64,000 nucleotides of DNA from Octopus vulgaris (lineage: Eukaryota): positions 25,172,001-25,236,000 of the forward strand of contig OX597835.1 in NCBI GenBank assembly GCA_951406725.2. The letters are read 5' to 3'. Every line of letters starts with the position of its first letter. Position 1 is the stretch's first letter. Made by a program: the position numbers and the translations under genes. The notes under the pieces are model-generated. The model saw nothing but the letters and a program-made list of their open reading frames with translations. It made no database searches and had not been told where the DNA came from. Positions 37,589-51,409 of this stretch are shown here, piece by piece.

Positions 37589-40500
37589 TTACTCTACCTC
37601 TGGTATTCAAGTACTATTTTCCCCCACCTTGTTTTGCATTTATGTGCTTACTCTGGTATACATATATAATATACCATACTTTTATTGACTTTTTGTTTCC
37701 TCCTCACATAAGCCAAAAAAACAGTCTGGAAGACACACACAATGGAAGAGGACACCTTTAATGCAAGTCTGGTGAAGTGCCACTCTTATGTCTAAAACCA
37801 CAAATATTACGTAAAATTTCACTTTGAACTTTTGCATAAACTGACATTGAAAGCAGAGTTGGTACAGAAACTATTGTAACTAATCATTAAAGATGTCTTC
37901 AAGTATTTCTTTGCCTTACTATTTGAATTATATCAGCCGAAAAAATCCAGCCAAAACAGTTACAGGAGTCTGGTGCAGGCTCCTGTCAAACCGTCCCACC
38001 CATGCCAGTATAGAAGACGGACATTAAACGATGCTGCTGATGATGATGATACCTAATCTATAATGGATAAATCAATAAATCTATCAATTGTTTTGGATAT
38101 AATGTTAGGTGTTTGATTTAACCAATAATCTTTTCAAACTATAGGCATAAAGCCTGAAATTTTGAGCGAAGGGGTTAGTCGATTATTTCAACCCTGGTAC
38201 CTATTTCATCCACCCTAAGAAGATGAAATGCACAGTGGACCTTGGTGGAATTTGAACTTGATTTTTACTAATAATGCTATGCTACAGAAATTAAGGCGAG
38301 TTTGAGTGGTAAGAAGTTTGCATCCCAACCACATGGTTCCAAGTTCAGTCCCACTGTGAAGTACTATGGACAAGTGTCTTCTATAGCCCCAGGCCAAGCA
38401 AAGCCTTGTGAAGTTAGACAGAAACTGAAAGAAGCCTGTCGTGAGTGCGTCCGTCCCCATAACTTAGTGGTGTGGCAAAAGAGACCAACAGAATAACTAC
38501 TGGGTTCAGTTTTTTTATTTTACTAACCACTTCAATGAAGTGCCCCAGCATGACCTCAGTCCAATGTCTGATACAAGTGAAAGGTTAAACACATCATTCT
38601 GTTGCCCAGAAACCAATATTCCCTTTCTTGGCCACCAAGACCCAAAACGTCGGAGGATTCACAAAAATAAGAAGCATCAAATTTTGGTATTAGGCCATTT
38701 GAGGGGAAGGGCAAGTCAATTACATCAACCCTCAGTACTTGACTGGTATTTATTTCATTCGCTGCAAAAGATTGATAGTCAAAGGCAGCCGCATTGGAAT
38801 TTGAACTCTGAATGTCATATTCTGGCCTTCCATCATTTGGCACAAGATCACCTCCAATGCCCCCTCCACTCTCAAAAGATCTTTGTCTTGCAAAATACTC
38901 GGTGACCCTACCAATGCTGATTCCATGTAAAGAGTAAAGTGGTTGGCAACTGGAAGGGTATCCAGCTGTAAAAAAAAAACAATGCCAAAACTGACCTTGC
39001 CTGTGCTGGAGCACTGTAAAAATCCCTTTCCACTCTGTGAAGTGGTTGGTGTTAGGAAGGGCACCCAGCCATAAAAAAAAACCATGCCAAAACTGAAGCC
39101 TGGTGCAGTCAAATTGTCCAATCCATGCCAGCATGGAAAGTGGATGTTTAATGATGATGGATGTACCACAGAAGATATGCCACTAAGCATTTTTTCTGAT
39201 GTGTTAATGATTCTCTAAGCTCAGCGTTTTAATAATAATAATAATTATTATTATTATTATCATCATCATCCTTTCATCTATAGATGCAATGTCTGAAATT
39301 TCGGGGGAGGGGGAGGGTCGATTACATTGACCCCAGTGCTCTAATGGTTCTTATTTTATTGGCCTCAAAAAGCTGAAAGGCAAAGTTGACCTCAGGAGCA
39401 TTTGAAACCGGACAGTAAGAAGAAAAACTAAGTATTTTTACCCCCTACGATAATAATAATAATAAAGCACCGTTCCTACTTCACTTGACCTCCACGTAAA
39501 AAGAAAAATAAATCCTATTATATTTTTGACAATCAGATATTATTAGGAAATTGCTAAAGTATTTTGTCTATTGTAGATACATAACCAATTTATTGCTCGG
39601 ATCCCATTTGAGGACCCTGACTTCAGAGTAAACCAAGTCTGTTCAAGGGACACAACTGTTGTCGCTATCAAGGGAAGTAACTTATGCCACAAGGGAGATA
39701 ACATTGCTAGCTAAAAAAAAAAAAGATTTGCTGAGCTGACATTTCAAGTCCCAGGATTACATTCAATGCCTGCCTGTCTCCTATTTAACATATACAGGCT
39801 CTAGTGGCTCCAGAACAGGGCAGTAAAAGATTATACGATATGAAGTATCAAAATTTTAAATATCGTTCACATTAAATTTTTATGGATCCCATATTATTAT
39901 TATTATTATGCTGAATAAGTTTTACTCGTTTCAGCCAAAAGACTGCAGCCATGCTTGAAATTTTTAGTGAAATAAATCGACACCAGTATTTATGTTTTTA
40001 AGCCTAATACTTATTCCACTGGTCTGTTTTGCTGAACTGCTAAGTTATGGGGATGTAAACACACTAACACCAGTTGTCAAGCAGTGGTTTGGGACATCTT
40101 TTTTTTACTTGTTTCAGTCATTTGACTGCGGCCATGCTTGAGCACCGCCTTTAGTCAAACAAATCAACCCAAGGACTTATTCTTTGTAAGCCCAGTACTT
40201 ATCCTATTGGCCTCTTTTGCCAAATCACTATGTTACCAGGGATGTAAACACACCAACATCGGTTGTCAAACAATGGTGATGGAGACAAACACAGACACGC
40301 AAATATATACGATGGGCTTCTTTCAGTTTCTGTCTGCCAAATCCACACACAAGGCTTTGGTTGGCCTGAAGTTATAGTAAAAGACACTTGCCCAAGGTTC
40401 CATGCAATGAGACTGAACCCTGGTTTCTCACCTTGTTTGGGACTTTCTAAGAAAAATTACTGGTCACATAAAGAGTAAAGACGCTCCTCTTCAGTCATTA

Positions 40501-40649
40501 AGGAGGTCTTTAATATGGAATTGTACCTAGAAAGCTCCCTTTCCAAGGTACAAGTCCAGGTAAGGCTGTTTGTGGAAGACCAGCAGTCGTGCATGTAGGC
40601 ATTACACTTGACTGAATAATCTGAATGCTAAAGGGACAAAGAACAAACA

Positions 40650-43379
40650 AAAATGGAATTCAACAAGTATAAAAGAAAAAAACAGCCACTTGTAACAAAC
40701 CATGAAAAATGAGAGAGAAAAAAATCCAATGAAATTGTAAACGGGTCATTTTTAGAGAAACTTTAATGCATCATTTTGAAACAGTAGCAGAAGATTAACC
40801 TTTTTTTTTTTTTAATATTATATTTTTTTTTCAAAACAGACTACAGAAGCTACAATCCTCAGCTGTTGGGGTATCTTTAGCTTGGTTTTTGTAGTTTTTT
40901 TTTAAATTTTATTTATTGTCCTTTTTCTTTCCTTCCTTCCTTTCCTCTTCATCATCATCAATGATCATCATTTTAATTTTCATCTTCCTCTTTGTCCAAC
41001 ACCAGTTCAATTCTCTCCATTGGCTGGGAGATGACAACAGTTTCAGAATGTGATATATTGTATTATGTAACACCTAAGTAACTAACCAACCCTGCCCCTC
41101 CCCGACAAATACTGCTCTCCTGCAGGTCTTGAGAACAGAGAAAGAGAAATATATTTAGAGAGGGAGAGAGAGCTTATTATTGTTATAGTAGCTATTTAAG
41201 GCTTCCTTTTTTGCACAAGAGACTTTAGGGATCAGGTGGCACCATGAAGCAGAGCAGTTTATAATCAAGGAACAAGCATTTAGTACCCAACATCCCTAAT
41301 TGGTTTACTCCTCAGACAGGAAAAAGGAGTAGGGAAGGGGGAGAGAAAGAGTTAGACAGACAGACGGGAAAAGGGGAGCAAAATGAAGAGAACGAGGGAA
41401 AAAAAACAAAAAAGCGGCAAAAGAGATCAGGAATGAAAAAACACAAACATTGCGAGGTAGAACAAAAATGAAAACTAAGGAATTACCGGGGGTGGGATGG
41501 GGTGGGGTTGAAGAATAAAGTTGATCAAAAACTAATTTGAAAAATGAGTCCAGCAAAGTAAGTGAAAAGCGTTTTCTCGTAAACAAGAAATGGAAATTTT
41601 TACTTTAAGGAAAAAAATCACAGAAAATAAAGAAAAATTGTTAAAATATGAGAAACAAAGAAAAGGATGAGAGGAGGAAAAAAAAAATGGGAATTGAATC
41701 AAAGACTTAGAAAAATGGATATTCTAATATAATAATAATAATAATGAGATTTTAAACTGCTGAAAGGCAAGAGAGAAAAATAGAAGCCCTTTGGAATTTG
41801 ATGATGTTGTGTAAAGATAATGATGTATGTTGGGTGCACACATATAAACCGTGTGTAGGGTGACATCATTCGATAGTCTAGTTGATACAGTGATATATGT
41901 GTGTGTGTATGTATACATATACAAGTACACACTGACTGTATGTGAGTATGTACATACAGAGAATGGTAATATCGATGTTTGTAGGTATATGTGAGATTGT
42001 CAGGTGAGAATGTCTGTCTGAATGGTCTCAGAGAAAAATCCGATTCCAAACTTTCCCCATGTTTTAATTTTATTAAAAAAATAAAACATCTCAAGACACA
42101 GAACAACAACAAACAAACAAAAAAAAAAGGATTCCAACATTTTTACAAAATTGAGAGAAAGAGAAAAAAAAGAGAGAAAGGGGGTAGGAAAGTGAGGGAA
42201 GGAAGGAAGGAGAGGATGTGTAGCTAGAGTAATTAATATTTGTAACGAAGGAGGTTACAACCAAAGCAAGACAAAAATGTGCCAATTCTGGTCTCCCCGC
42301 CATCAGCTAAGCCTTGAAGCGTACCCAGTGTGTCGTTCTGTCAGTCTCATCCAGCCACCCTGCCCAAAACAAGCCTCTTGTCTTTGAGTTCTTCTTCCGC
42401 TGTACTCCTCCTCCCCGACATACAGGAATGCTGGTTTGGTGGTTTAGTAAGGGAGGGCCACCACCCCCAAACCCACCTCTGGGCAGGCACCCCCCCATCC
42501 CCCGTTTGTTTCATTTATGTCACTTATCCTAATCACATCAGATGGACTAAACTTTTCTCGCAGCTTTTTCACCTTTCCTTCAATCCCCTGCCTGCCCACG
42601 CCCACCGCCACCCAATTTGCAACAACAAACAGTAATGCCCCACAACTGGCTTGTTTTTTGCCCCCAACACCCAGAAACAACAACAATAACCACCACCACC
42701 ACCACCACCAATACAACCTACACCAACTCCCTAAAATATGGTCAAACGTGTTGCAGTTTACAAAAAGCAGCAGCTGTACTGAATGTTGCCTGTTATTTTT
42801 TTCTTCTTTTTTGTTATTTTTTCTCCCTGTTCACAAAAAAAACCAAAAAAAACCCAAACCCTCCCAACCCCCAAAACTGTCCAAAAGCATTCCTGCTGGA
42901 CAAACATTTACTATTCTCGACTATCTACCTATTCACAATCAACACCACACCTCCGGGCGCTCGGCTGGCCCAATTACACAGCCAGCCCACTCTTGTCCTG
43001 TCTGCCAAACATATTTAATACTGCCATTGTGATTTTTATTTCCATCCAAAATTCTATGCCCTAAAAAACCCCTGAAAGGGATCCTTTTTTTTCCTCATTT
43101 GTTTCTTGTTTATTTTAATTCATATATTTACTCATTTTTTCCCTTTTTTTTTTGGTAATTCTTAAACATTATTTTTCATTGTCTTCATTTTATCAGCAGC
43201 ATCCTCATCATCATCATTAGCAGCAGAAGTAGATGTTATAGTAGTAGTAGTAGTCGTCATCATTGTAGTCAGAGCAGCTGCATAGAGATGTTTCCCTAGC
43301 AGTGTTGTTGTTGCTGTTGTTGTTGTTGCTGTAATTTAGTAGTGACAGAGACTGAGCTAGAGAAGTGACGAAGGAGGAT
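40650..43379 (-). other. Probable long 3' UTR of XPO7
   Basis: About 2.7 kb downstream of the XPO7 stop with no recognisable SINE or MITE. U-rich on the minus strand, with minus-strand AATAAA motifs near 40907-40916. The end point is inferred. Confidence 0.5.
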
Positions 43380-43494
43380 CTATGTGTAACTCATCATATC
43401 AAGTGAAGCCGAGGAGGCCGGAGCTGTACTATTGCTGGGTGTTTTCAGACTGTCGTTAACATCTCTCCTGAACACTGACAGATTCTGAGTAAAT
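43380..43494 (-). CDS. XPO7: Exportin-7 (XPO7/RanBP16 family) last coding exon ((R)FTQNLSVFRRDVNDSLKTPSNSTAPASSASLDMMSYT*)
   Basis: Minus-strand acceptor tcgtttcag|A (phase 2) and stop TAG. Peptide matches the recalled XPO7 C-terminus RFTQNLSAFRREVNDSMK...DMMS. The upstream ...KNRD exon was not found in the window. Confidence 0.92.
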
Positions 43495-46400
43495 CTGAAA
43501 CGACACGAAAAAAGCCAAAAATCTCAAAATGACATCAGGGTTATAAAGAGAAAAAAAAAATTAAAAAATTAAAAGGCCGTACAATAGATATCTACAACAA
43601 TAATACTCTTGTGTTTTTCTCTGTCACGACATATGAATGAGAAAGGAAGGGGTGACAAATGAATAAGAAAGGGGCGATGGCAATCTGGTAGTGGGAGTGC
43701 TTCAACTCTGTGTGAGTACATGTGTGTGTATGTAAAAGTGAGGTGTGTGTCTGTGTGGAATGGAAGTGGGATGGTGAACATTCAACACTGAAAAAAAAAA
43801 TCAAACAGCATTTCAACTGGGGAAGTATGTGAATGTTTGCAAATACTACAATTTGTGTATCTATAATCTATGAAATGAACACCAAACAGAAATAAGTATT
43901 AGGAGTCATCATAACCATCCTCATCCTTTAATGTCTGTTTTCCATGGTGGTAGGGGCTAAACTAGTGTATCCCAACCTAATTCCCCACTGGGCCCCACTA
44001 CAACTTTTGGAGAAAAAAAAAATCTTTATTTTTAATATATTATCACAGTTACTTTAATACAAAAGAATCTACTGGTAATGCTTTGTTTTTAAGTACTGAG
44101 TACAAAAAAAATACATTATTAGGCGCAGCCATAGTTGTGTGGTAAGAAGCTTGCTTCCCGTCCACATGGTTTTGATTTCAGTCCCACTGTGTGGCACCTC
44201 AGGCAAGTGTCTTTTACTATAGCCTCAGGCCAACCAAAGCCTTCTGAGTGGATTTGGTAGATGGAAAATGAAAGAAGCCCATCATATATATATATATATA
44301 TGTGTGTGTGTAACTTTGGTGCCCCCACCATCACCATTTGACAACCAGTGTTGGTGTGTTTACATCCCTGCAACTTAGTGGTTCGGCAATAAAGCATGAT
44401 GGAATAAGTACCAGGCTTTAAAAAAAAAAAGTACAGGGATCAATACATTTGACTGAAAAGTGGTGCCCCAGAATGGCCACAGTCTAATGACTGAAAAACA
44501 AAAGGGAATCATTTTAATGAGAACCTTGTGACAACCCCACCCCACCACAATTTTCCCAGGCCCCATCAATGGGAATCACTGGTCTCGATGGTTTCACTGG
44601 AGCTGGTAAGCCAGAGAGTTGCACCAGGGTCCAGTCTGTTTTGGCTTGGTTTCTACGGTTGGATGCCCTTCCTAACACCAACCACTCCACACGTTACTGG
44701 ATGTAAAATATGTGTTGCTGGTACAGGTGCCTTTTATGTGTCACTGCCTTTCAAAAGGGATAAATGAAAATGAGTGACTTAGCCCTTTGCCATTTAGACC
44801 AGCCCTACCAGGCCCAAATATTCTACGGTTTATGTTCAAACAGGGCAGCTCTGACCCCTCACACCTACCCTATACAATACCACATCACCATCAAACTCTT
44901 GAAGCAAGAAGATAATTCATAATTAATTTTAAACAACGTGAGTAAAAAAGCATTACATCTGATAAAGTAATCTGAATGCTAAAAGCGCTAAACTGCATTA
45001 TGAAATGATGCCCCAGCATGGCCACACTTCTATGAATGAAACTAATTAACAAGTAATAATAGCTTTGATGATAACAGAGAATTCACTGTTGCTATATTAA
45101 TGGTTGGTTTTAATTATAAGCCTTTAGCATTCAGATTATTAATCTGTCAGATGTAAAGCTTGTTTATCCAGTGTTTTGAACTAATCATGCATTATCTCCA
45201 TGTCTTTGAGATTTCAATAATGTGACTATTTATTTTAAAGACATTGTAGGGTAAGCGCAAGAAGCCGGATCTGGCCAGTTTCAAAAATAACTAAAACAGG
45301 TAGAATGTTTGGGTACAATATGGTTGGTTTAAATGCTAAAGGGTCTATGTAAAAAAGCCAGCAATTTGAAGGGAAGAGAGGTTAGGGTCAGTCAATGACA
45401 TCGGCCACAGTATTTGACCAGTATTTTAATTTCATCAAACCCTTGAAGGATGAAAAGCAAAGTTGAACTCAGAACAGACTGAGCCAGAAGAAATGCTGCT
45501 AAGAGTTTTGTCCAAAATATTAATGATTCGACCAGCTTGCTGCCCTAACAATAATAATAATAATGGGTTGAAATTTTAGGGGAAGAAGGCAAGGGGTAAG
45601 TAGCTTACATTGATCCTTAGTGATCAACTGGTACTTATAAACACAATGTAAAGAGCCATAATTAAAAAGATAACTGCTTCCTAAAAATTTGTTTGGTGAC
45701 CTGAAAAGGACTTTGATATAAATTCCTCAAGTTAGCTCTCAGCATATTTAATACACGAGGGGAGAGACAGGTATATTTTAAAAAATTTATAAATGTAGGA
45801 TAAATGTACAGCGAAATATAAATAGAACATGAGCCATTGACTGAAGTTGTTCCCCACCCTCTTTTTGTCTTCTCCCCTACCACCCTACTTTTCCTAGTAA
45901 ATATGTAAGACAGATAACTCCAGACATGTTTCTCCTTGATTGAGCATCATCAGCAGAAGTGTATCAAAGTTGTAGCAAATAAATGGCCAAGTAAATATAT
46001 ATAGAGTGAATGCAGCTGAAAGAGTGAATTGTTTAGGAAAGTAGCTGACTATAAAATATTGTCTATCTGCCTTGTTTTGTGTTTGTTTGCCTGCACTTGA
46101 TCATGTGTTTATGTTTGTCATAGCTTGATTGATTGATTGCATGAGTGTGTGTGCACTTGATTGCATGTGGACATTTGTCTTTGCATCACCGTGTGTGCCT
46201 ACCAGTGCACACATGCATGTGAGCACATAAGCACAAAGTGCTTGTGTCTCAACATCTGTACATTTGTGATTGTGCATATACAGCTATGCACCAATGTAGG
46301 GTGCAGGTAGAGCCAAAGTTAAGAAGCTCAGTTCACAATCCTGAGGTTAACAGGTTCAATCCCATTATATAGCCTCTTGAGAAAGTTCCTTCTACCATAT

Positions 46401-47251
46401 TGAGTAAGAGAAAACCTTTAGAATAAAACCGAGCTGAGAGAAACTGAAAAACGTTCGCAGAGTTCAAAGGGTTTGCTGTGGCACACAATGTCATGCAAAA
46501 GATTACATTAAGCGCACATGAGCCTGTGGAATACTCAAACCACTTGTTCTGTAGTACTGAGGCTTATGTTAAGGTCATATTTGTCTATGGAATACTCAAC
46601 CGATTGCACCGTTATACGAGTAAGTAGTCCAAACTGACTGAACAACTAGAATGCACATTGTTCAAACGACAAGATTCATCCTTGTCCATGTGGATTGAGT
46701 ACCTAACTTTCTACGGCATGTGTGGGTCTTGTTATATTTTTATACTTTTATAGAATCTGGAGAAAAATAAAACCAAATTGTGTTTGTGTATGGCAGAGTA
46801 GAAGAAAGGTGTTCGTGTGTGTGTGCATGGTGAGGCAGAGAAAGGGTATCTGTTTGTGTATGGTGAGGTGAGAAAGATTGGGTGCATGCCTATGAGGTAT
46901 TCGTAAAGTTCAAAGTCAAAAATTTATGTCAACAGATCATTCTTAACTGCTGTTCCCTACAAAGGAAACAGACGTTAAATAAATAAATCTGAACCAAGAC
47001 CAGTATTTTTATTCCCAAAATTGCCAAATGAAAATTAATTCACAATTCTAGAAACACCAAACTTTTCTGTTACTTTCTACAACACACCAACCAAGAGAGA
47101 AAGCTTTCACCATTCAAGCATCACTCCATCAACACACCACTGCACCCAAATTATATACATACACACACACACACATGTATAAAGGTATATATCATCATCG
47201 TCATCATTTAATGTCCACATTCCATGCTGGCATGGGTGCATATAAATATGA

Positions 47252-47306
<55 letters not shown>

Positions 47307-50238
47307 AGTGTATGTATAGCTATGTCTATATACATATATATTGTGTGTGAAGGTGCATATATACATATATTGTGTGTATGTATATATATTTATAAGTGTA
47401 TGTATAGCTATGTCTATATACTGTGTGAAGGTGTGTATATATATATTTATTGTGTGTGTGTGTAGGTATATATATGCATCTATGTATACACATACATAGT
47501 ACCTGAAAATGAACAATGAAAACCAATTGGAAAAAGACATGTATAAACAAGCAAAGGTGAAAATATCAGAGTCAGAATTTTAGCATTCTAACGAATTCTA
47601 TATCTCAAACAATACAAAACACATTATATAAATATACATAATTTCACCGAAAATACATAAAACAAGGCAATGTTTAGTTAAAAATAATATATTCTTACAA
47701 ATGATTTTTACTTTAATACATTCAATATTTAAAAACAGACAAATTTTTTCCAAACAAATAATAATGAACAAGGCGAAGCAGGGAAGATACAATAAATAGT
47801 CAAATAACAACAAGAGAATTGTCCATATTTTCCCTGTCTCACACGCTGTCCTCTTGGTTTTGTTTCCAATTAATATCATTAAATATTAATATTATTATTA
47901 TTATTATAAATGCAGTTTTAATCATGTTGTGATGAGTAAACAATGTTTTACTGTTAAAAAGACAGCAACGAAGAAGGGGAGGAAGGTAGTGTGTGGAAGG
48001 GAGGGAGGTAGGGAAGGAGGAAGAGTGAGAGAGAGAAAGGAATAGAGAGAACCACATGGCTGCAGGTTCAGTCCCACCATGGGCAAGTGTCTTCTGCTAT
48101 AGCCTCAGGTCGACCAAGGCCATGAGTGGATTTGGTAGACGGAAACTGAAAGAAGCCTGTCATAATATAGTTATGTATATATTTGTTTGTCTCCCACCAC
48201 TGCTTGACAACCGGTGTTGGTGTGTTTACATCCCTGTAACTTAGCAACCGATAGAATAAGTGCCAGGCTTTAAAAAACTAAGTAAGTAGTGGGGTGGATT
48301 CACTAAAACCTTTCAAGGCAGTGCTCCAGCATGGCCACAATCTACTGACTGAAACAAATAAACGATAAAGATAAACGACCAAGATCATCCTTTTGGTGGG
48401 GTTTTGTTAGCTGAACCCTTTTAGTACCAACCTACCCTAGACTGCTCCTGATCCGAATAAAAAAAATTCCCTTTAGAATTTTGTTAATCCATGTCCCAAA
48501 TATCAGCTTAACAACAGTAGGATTATCTTACTAAACTTTTCATTATTTCTATTTCCAAAGTTAATCTTGTATTTCAACCAAAAGGGTTAATCCTAGATCA
48601 ACCCTCATAGAGCAACACCTATCATCTTAGACATACTTCCCTCACCTGAGTTTTGATTACTTTTAATGAATTTCTTCAATTTCTAATTCTAATATCCTTA
48701 TCTCGACTCTTCGTTAATGGTTTCTAAAGTGTCATTCATTTCTAATATTCTGGAAACGCATTCCTGGCCATGAAGAAACATTACTATTGCCAACGGGAGG
48801 GTTGGCAATAGGAAGCCGTCTACCATGATGGAAGTCCACTGAATCAATGGAGAAGTGGACATTAAAACGATGATGACGGTGATGCAGATTGTGATTGGAG
48901 GAATATTTAGTAGCTATTTCTAGCACGTCAAACAAATGTATAGAGGCACAACAACAATGGTCTTGATAAGAGGAGGCTAGTCCACACTACTGACACCCCC
49001 ACCAAAACACACACACCCACAACCGACAGCTACTTAACTTTATCAACCACCCACCCCAAAATCAAAGTAAAGTTGTCCCAAACAGGATCTGACCACAGGA
49101 TGTAAAGCAACAGAATACAACAATGCAATTTTCATGCTCTACCAATTCTGCCAGCTCACCATCCTTAAAAGAATAAATTTCTAATTTCTCTCTGGCCGGG
49201 TAACCATGGATCTCCTCTATAACAAGACATCTGATTCTGTCTCTCTCTGTCACACTCTAACCTCCTCCAATGCCCCCTCCCCTCAAAATTTCTTGTCTTG
49301 CAAATTACTTGGTGACCCTGTCAGCGCAGGTGACACATAAAAAACATCCAGGCCATACTGTGAAGTGGTTGGCATTTGGAAGGGCATCCAGCTGTAACGG
49401 CCATGCCAAAACTGACCTTGCCTATGTTGGTGCCACGTAAAAAGCACTCAGTCCACTCTGAGGGGTGGTTGGTGTTAGGAAGCGCATCCAGCCATAAAAA
49501 CCATGCTAAAACAGGCACTAGCCTGGGATAGTCTTCTACCTGGCCAGCTCCTGCCAAACTGCCCAACCCATGCCAGCATGGAAGATGGACATTAAACAAT
49601 GATGATGCACAAGACCACCAATATTGAAAGAAGGGAAGAGAAGCTGGAGGGGGATGCTAGTCATTTGCAATGACCCCTAGTATTTGACAGATACTTCATT
49701 TTATCGACTTCACTGGGATCCAAGGCAAAGCTGACTTCAGTGGGGTTTGAACTCAAAATAGAACATAAAAAACCCACACCAAATAAAAGCAGAACATTTT
49801 ATCCAATGTAATGACTCTGGGCCAATCCCTCGCTCACCACTTCTTTACTAATTACCAAAGCAGAACACAGAGATTCGTCATCAACACCATTTTAATGCCA
49901 TCCCCTTTTTTACCACGCATGCATGGGTTGGATGAAGTTCATCAAGGTAGACTTCCTACAGACCAATGCCTCTCCTGTCACCAGCCCTCACCTGTTTACA
50001 AGCAAGGTGATATCCAACCCCCACTTTCATGGTCAGACATCTCGCAGAATATTGGAAATGAGTGACATTGCTATCATGCAATGTCGAAGCAAGAACACAC
50101 AAACATACATATACACAAAATATACACACACATTATTTCACCTAAACAGTCACAGAAGTCTGGTGCAGGCTTCTTCCTGGCTGGTTTTTGTGAAACCATC
50201 CCACCCATGCCAGCATGGAAGGCAGACGGTAAACGATG

Positions 50239-50269
<31 letters not shown>

Positions 50270-50384
50270 ACAGATATTTGTCCTCATCTTGTTGGTTGTT
50301 AACACGATTCCAGGCAGTGACCTTAATAATAACAACATCACAAAATACCTTAAGAATGTGAACCTAGGTTCAAAATTTCCCCAA

Positions 50385-50430
50385 GACACCTGATGAAGGC
50401 TGGAAGGTATATCAGCCGAAATGTTGTGTT
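50385..50430 (+). ncRNA. Minimal type-I hammerhead ribozyme motif in a Penelope-like inverted terminus (50266-50470)
   Basis: GACAC-CTGATGA-A-GGCTG(10-nt loop)CAGCC-GAAA-TGTT-GTGTT. Intact CUGAUGA and GAAA, stem I GACAC/GTGTT, stem II GGCTG/CAGCC. Confidence 0.65.
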
Positions 50431-51056
50431 AACAACAAACAAGATGAGGACAAACATCCATCAAATGTAAATAATGTACATTGATATAATTTGCCCTTTC
50501 TTTATTTTTTGTTTTAAATTATGGTTCTGGGTTCAGTCCCACTGCATGGCACCTCGAGCAAGAGTGTTCCACTATAGCTCCAGACTGACCAAAGACTAGT
50601 GAGTGGATTTGGTAGATCAAAACTGAAAGCTCGTCACACATACATCATCATCATTTAACATCTGTTGTCCATGCTGGCATGGATTGGATGGTTTGACCGG
50701 GGCTGGCAAGATAGGAAGGCTGTACCAGACTCCAGTCTGATTTGGTATGGTTTTCTACAGCTGGATGCCCATCCTAATGCCAACCACTCCGAGAGTGTAA
50801 TGGGTGCTTTTACGTGCCACCGGTAGGGTGCCATTCGCGTGACACCGGTATCTGCCACAACTGCTATTTTGCTCAGCTTGATGGGTTTTCTTCTCAAGCA
50901 CGACATAATGCCAAAGGTCTTGGTCATTGCCTCCGTGAGGCCCAAAACTGTTTATTTATTTATTGTTTTATTTCTAAATTAGTTTCAATCATTAAACAGC
51001 GACCAAACTGGAGTACACCTTTTATAATAAAGTTGATGATATCAACATATCAACTC

Positions 51057-51116
<60 letters not shown>

Positions 51117-51378
51117 TTATATATATTTATTTATTGAACTTGGAAAAATGGAAACCAAAGAAGAACTGGGCAGAATTTGAACCCAGAAAAATAAATTAAG
51201 TATTGTGCCTAATCCACTACCAATTCTCTACTTACACCATGTACATATATATACATATGTATGAATGTATATAATACAGACTTAAGTGTGTGCATATTAA
51301 TATAAACATATATATTACATACATTCACATATACATATTTATAAACATATAAACATGTACATATATATATATATATAT

Positions 51379-51409
<31 letters not shown>

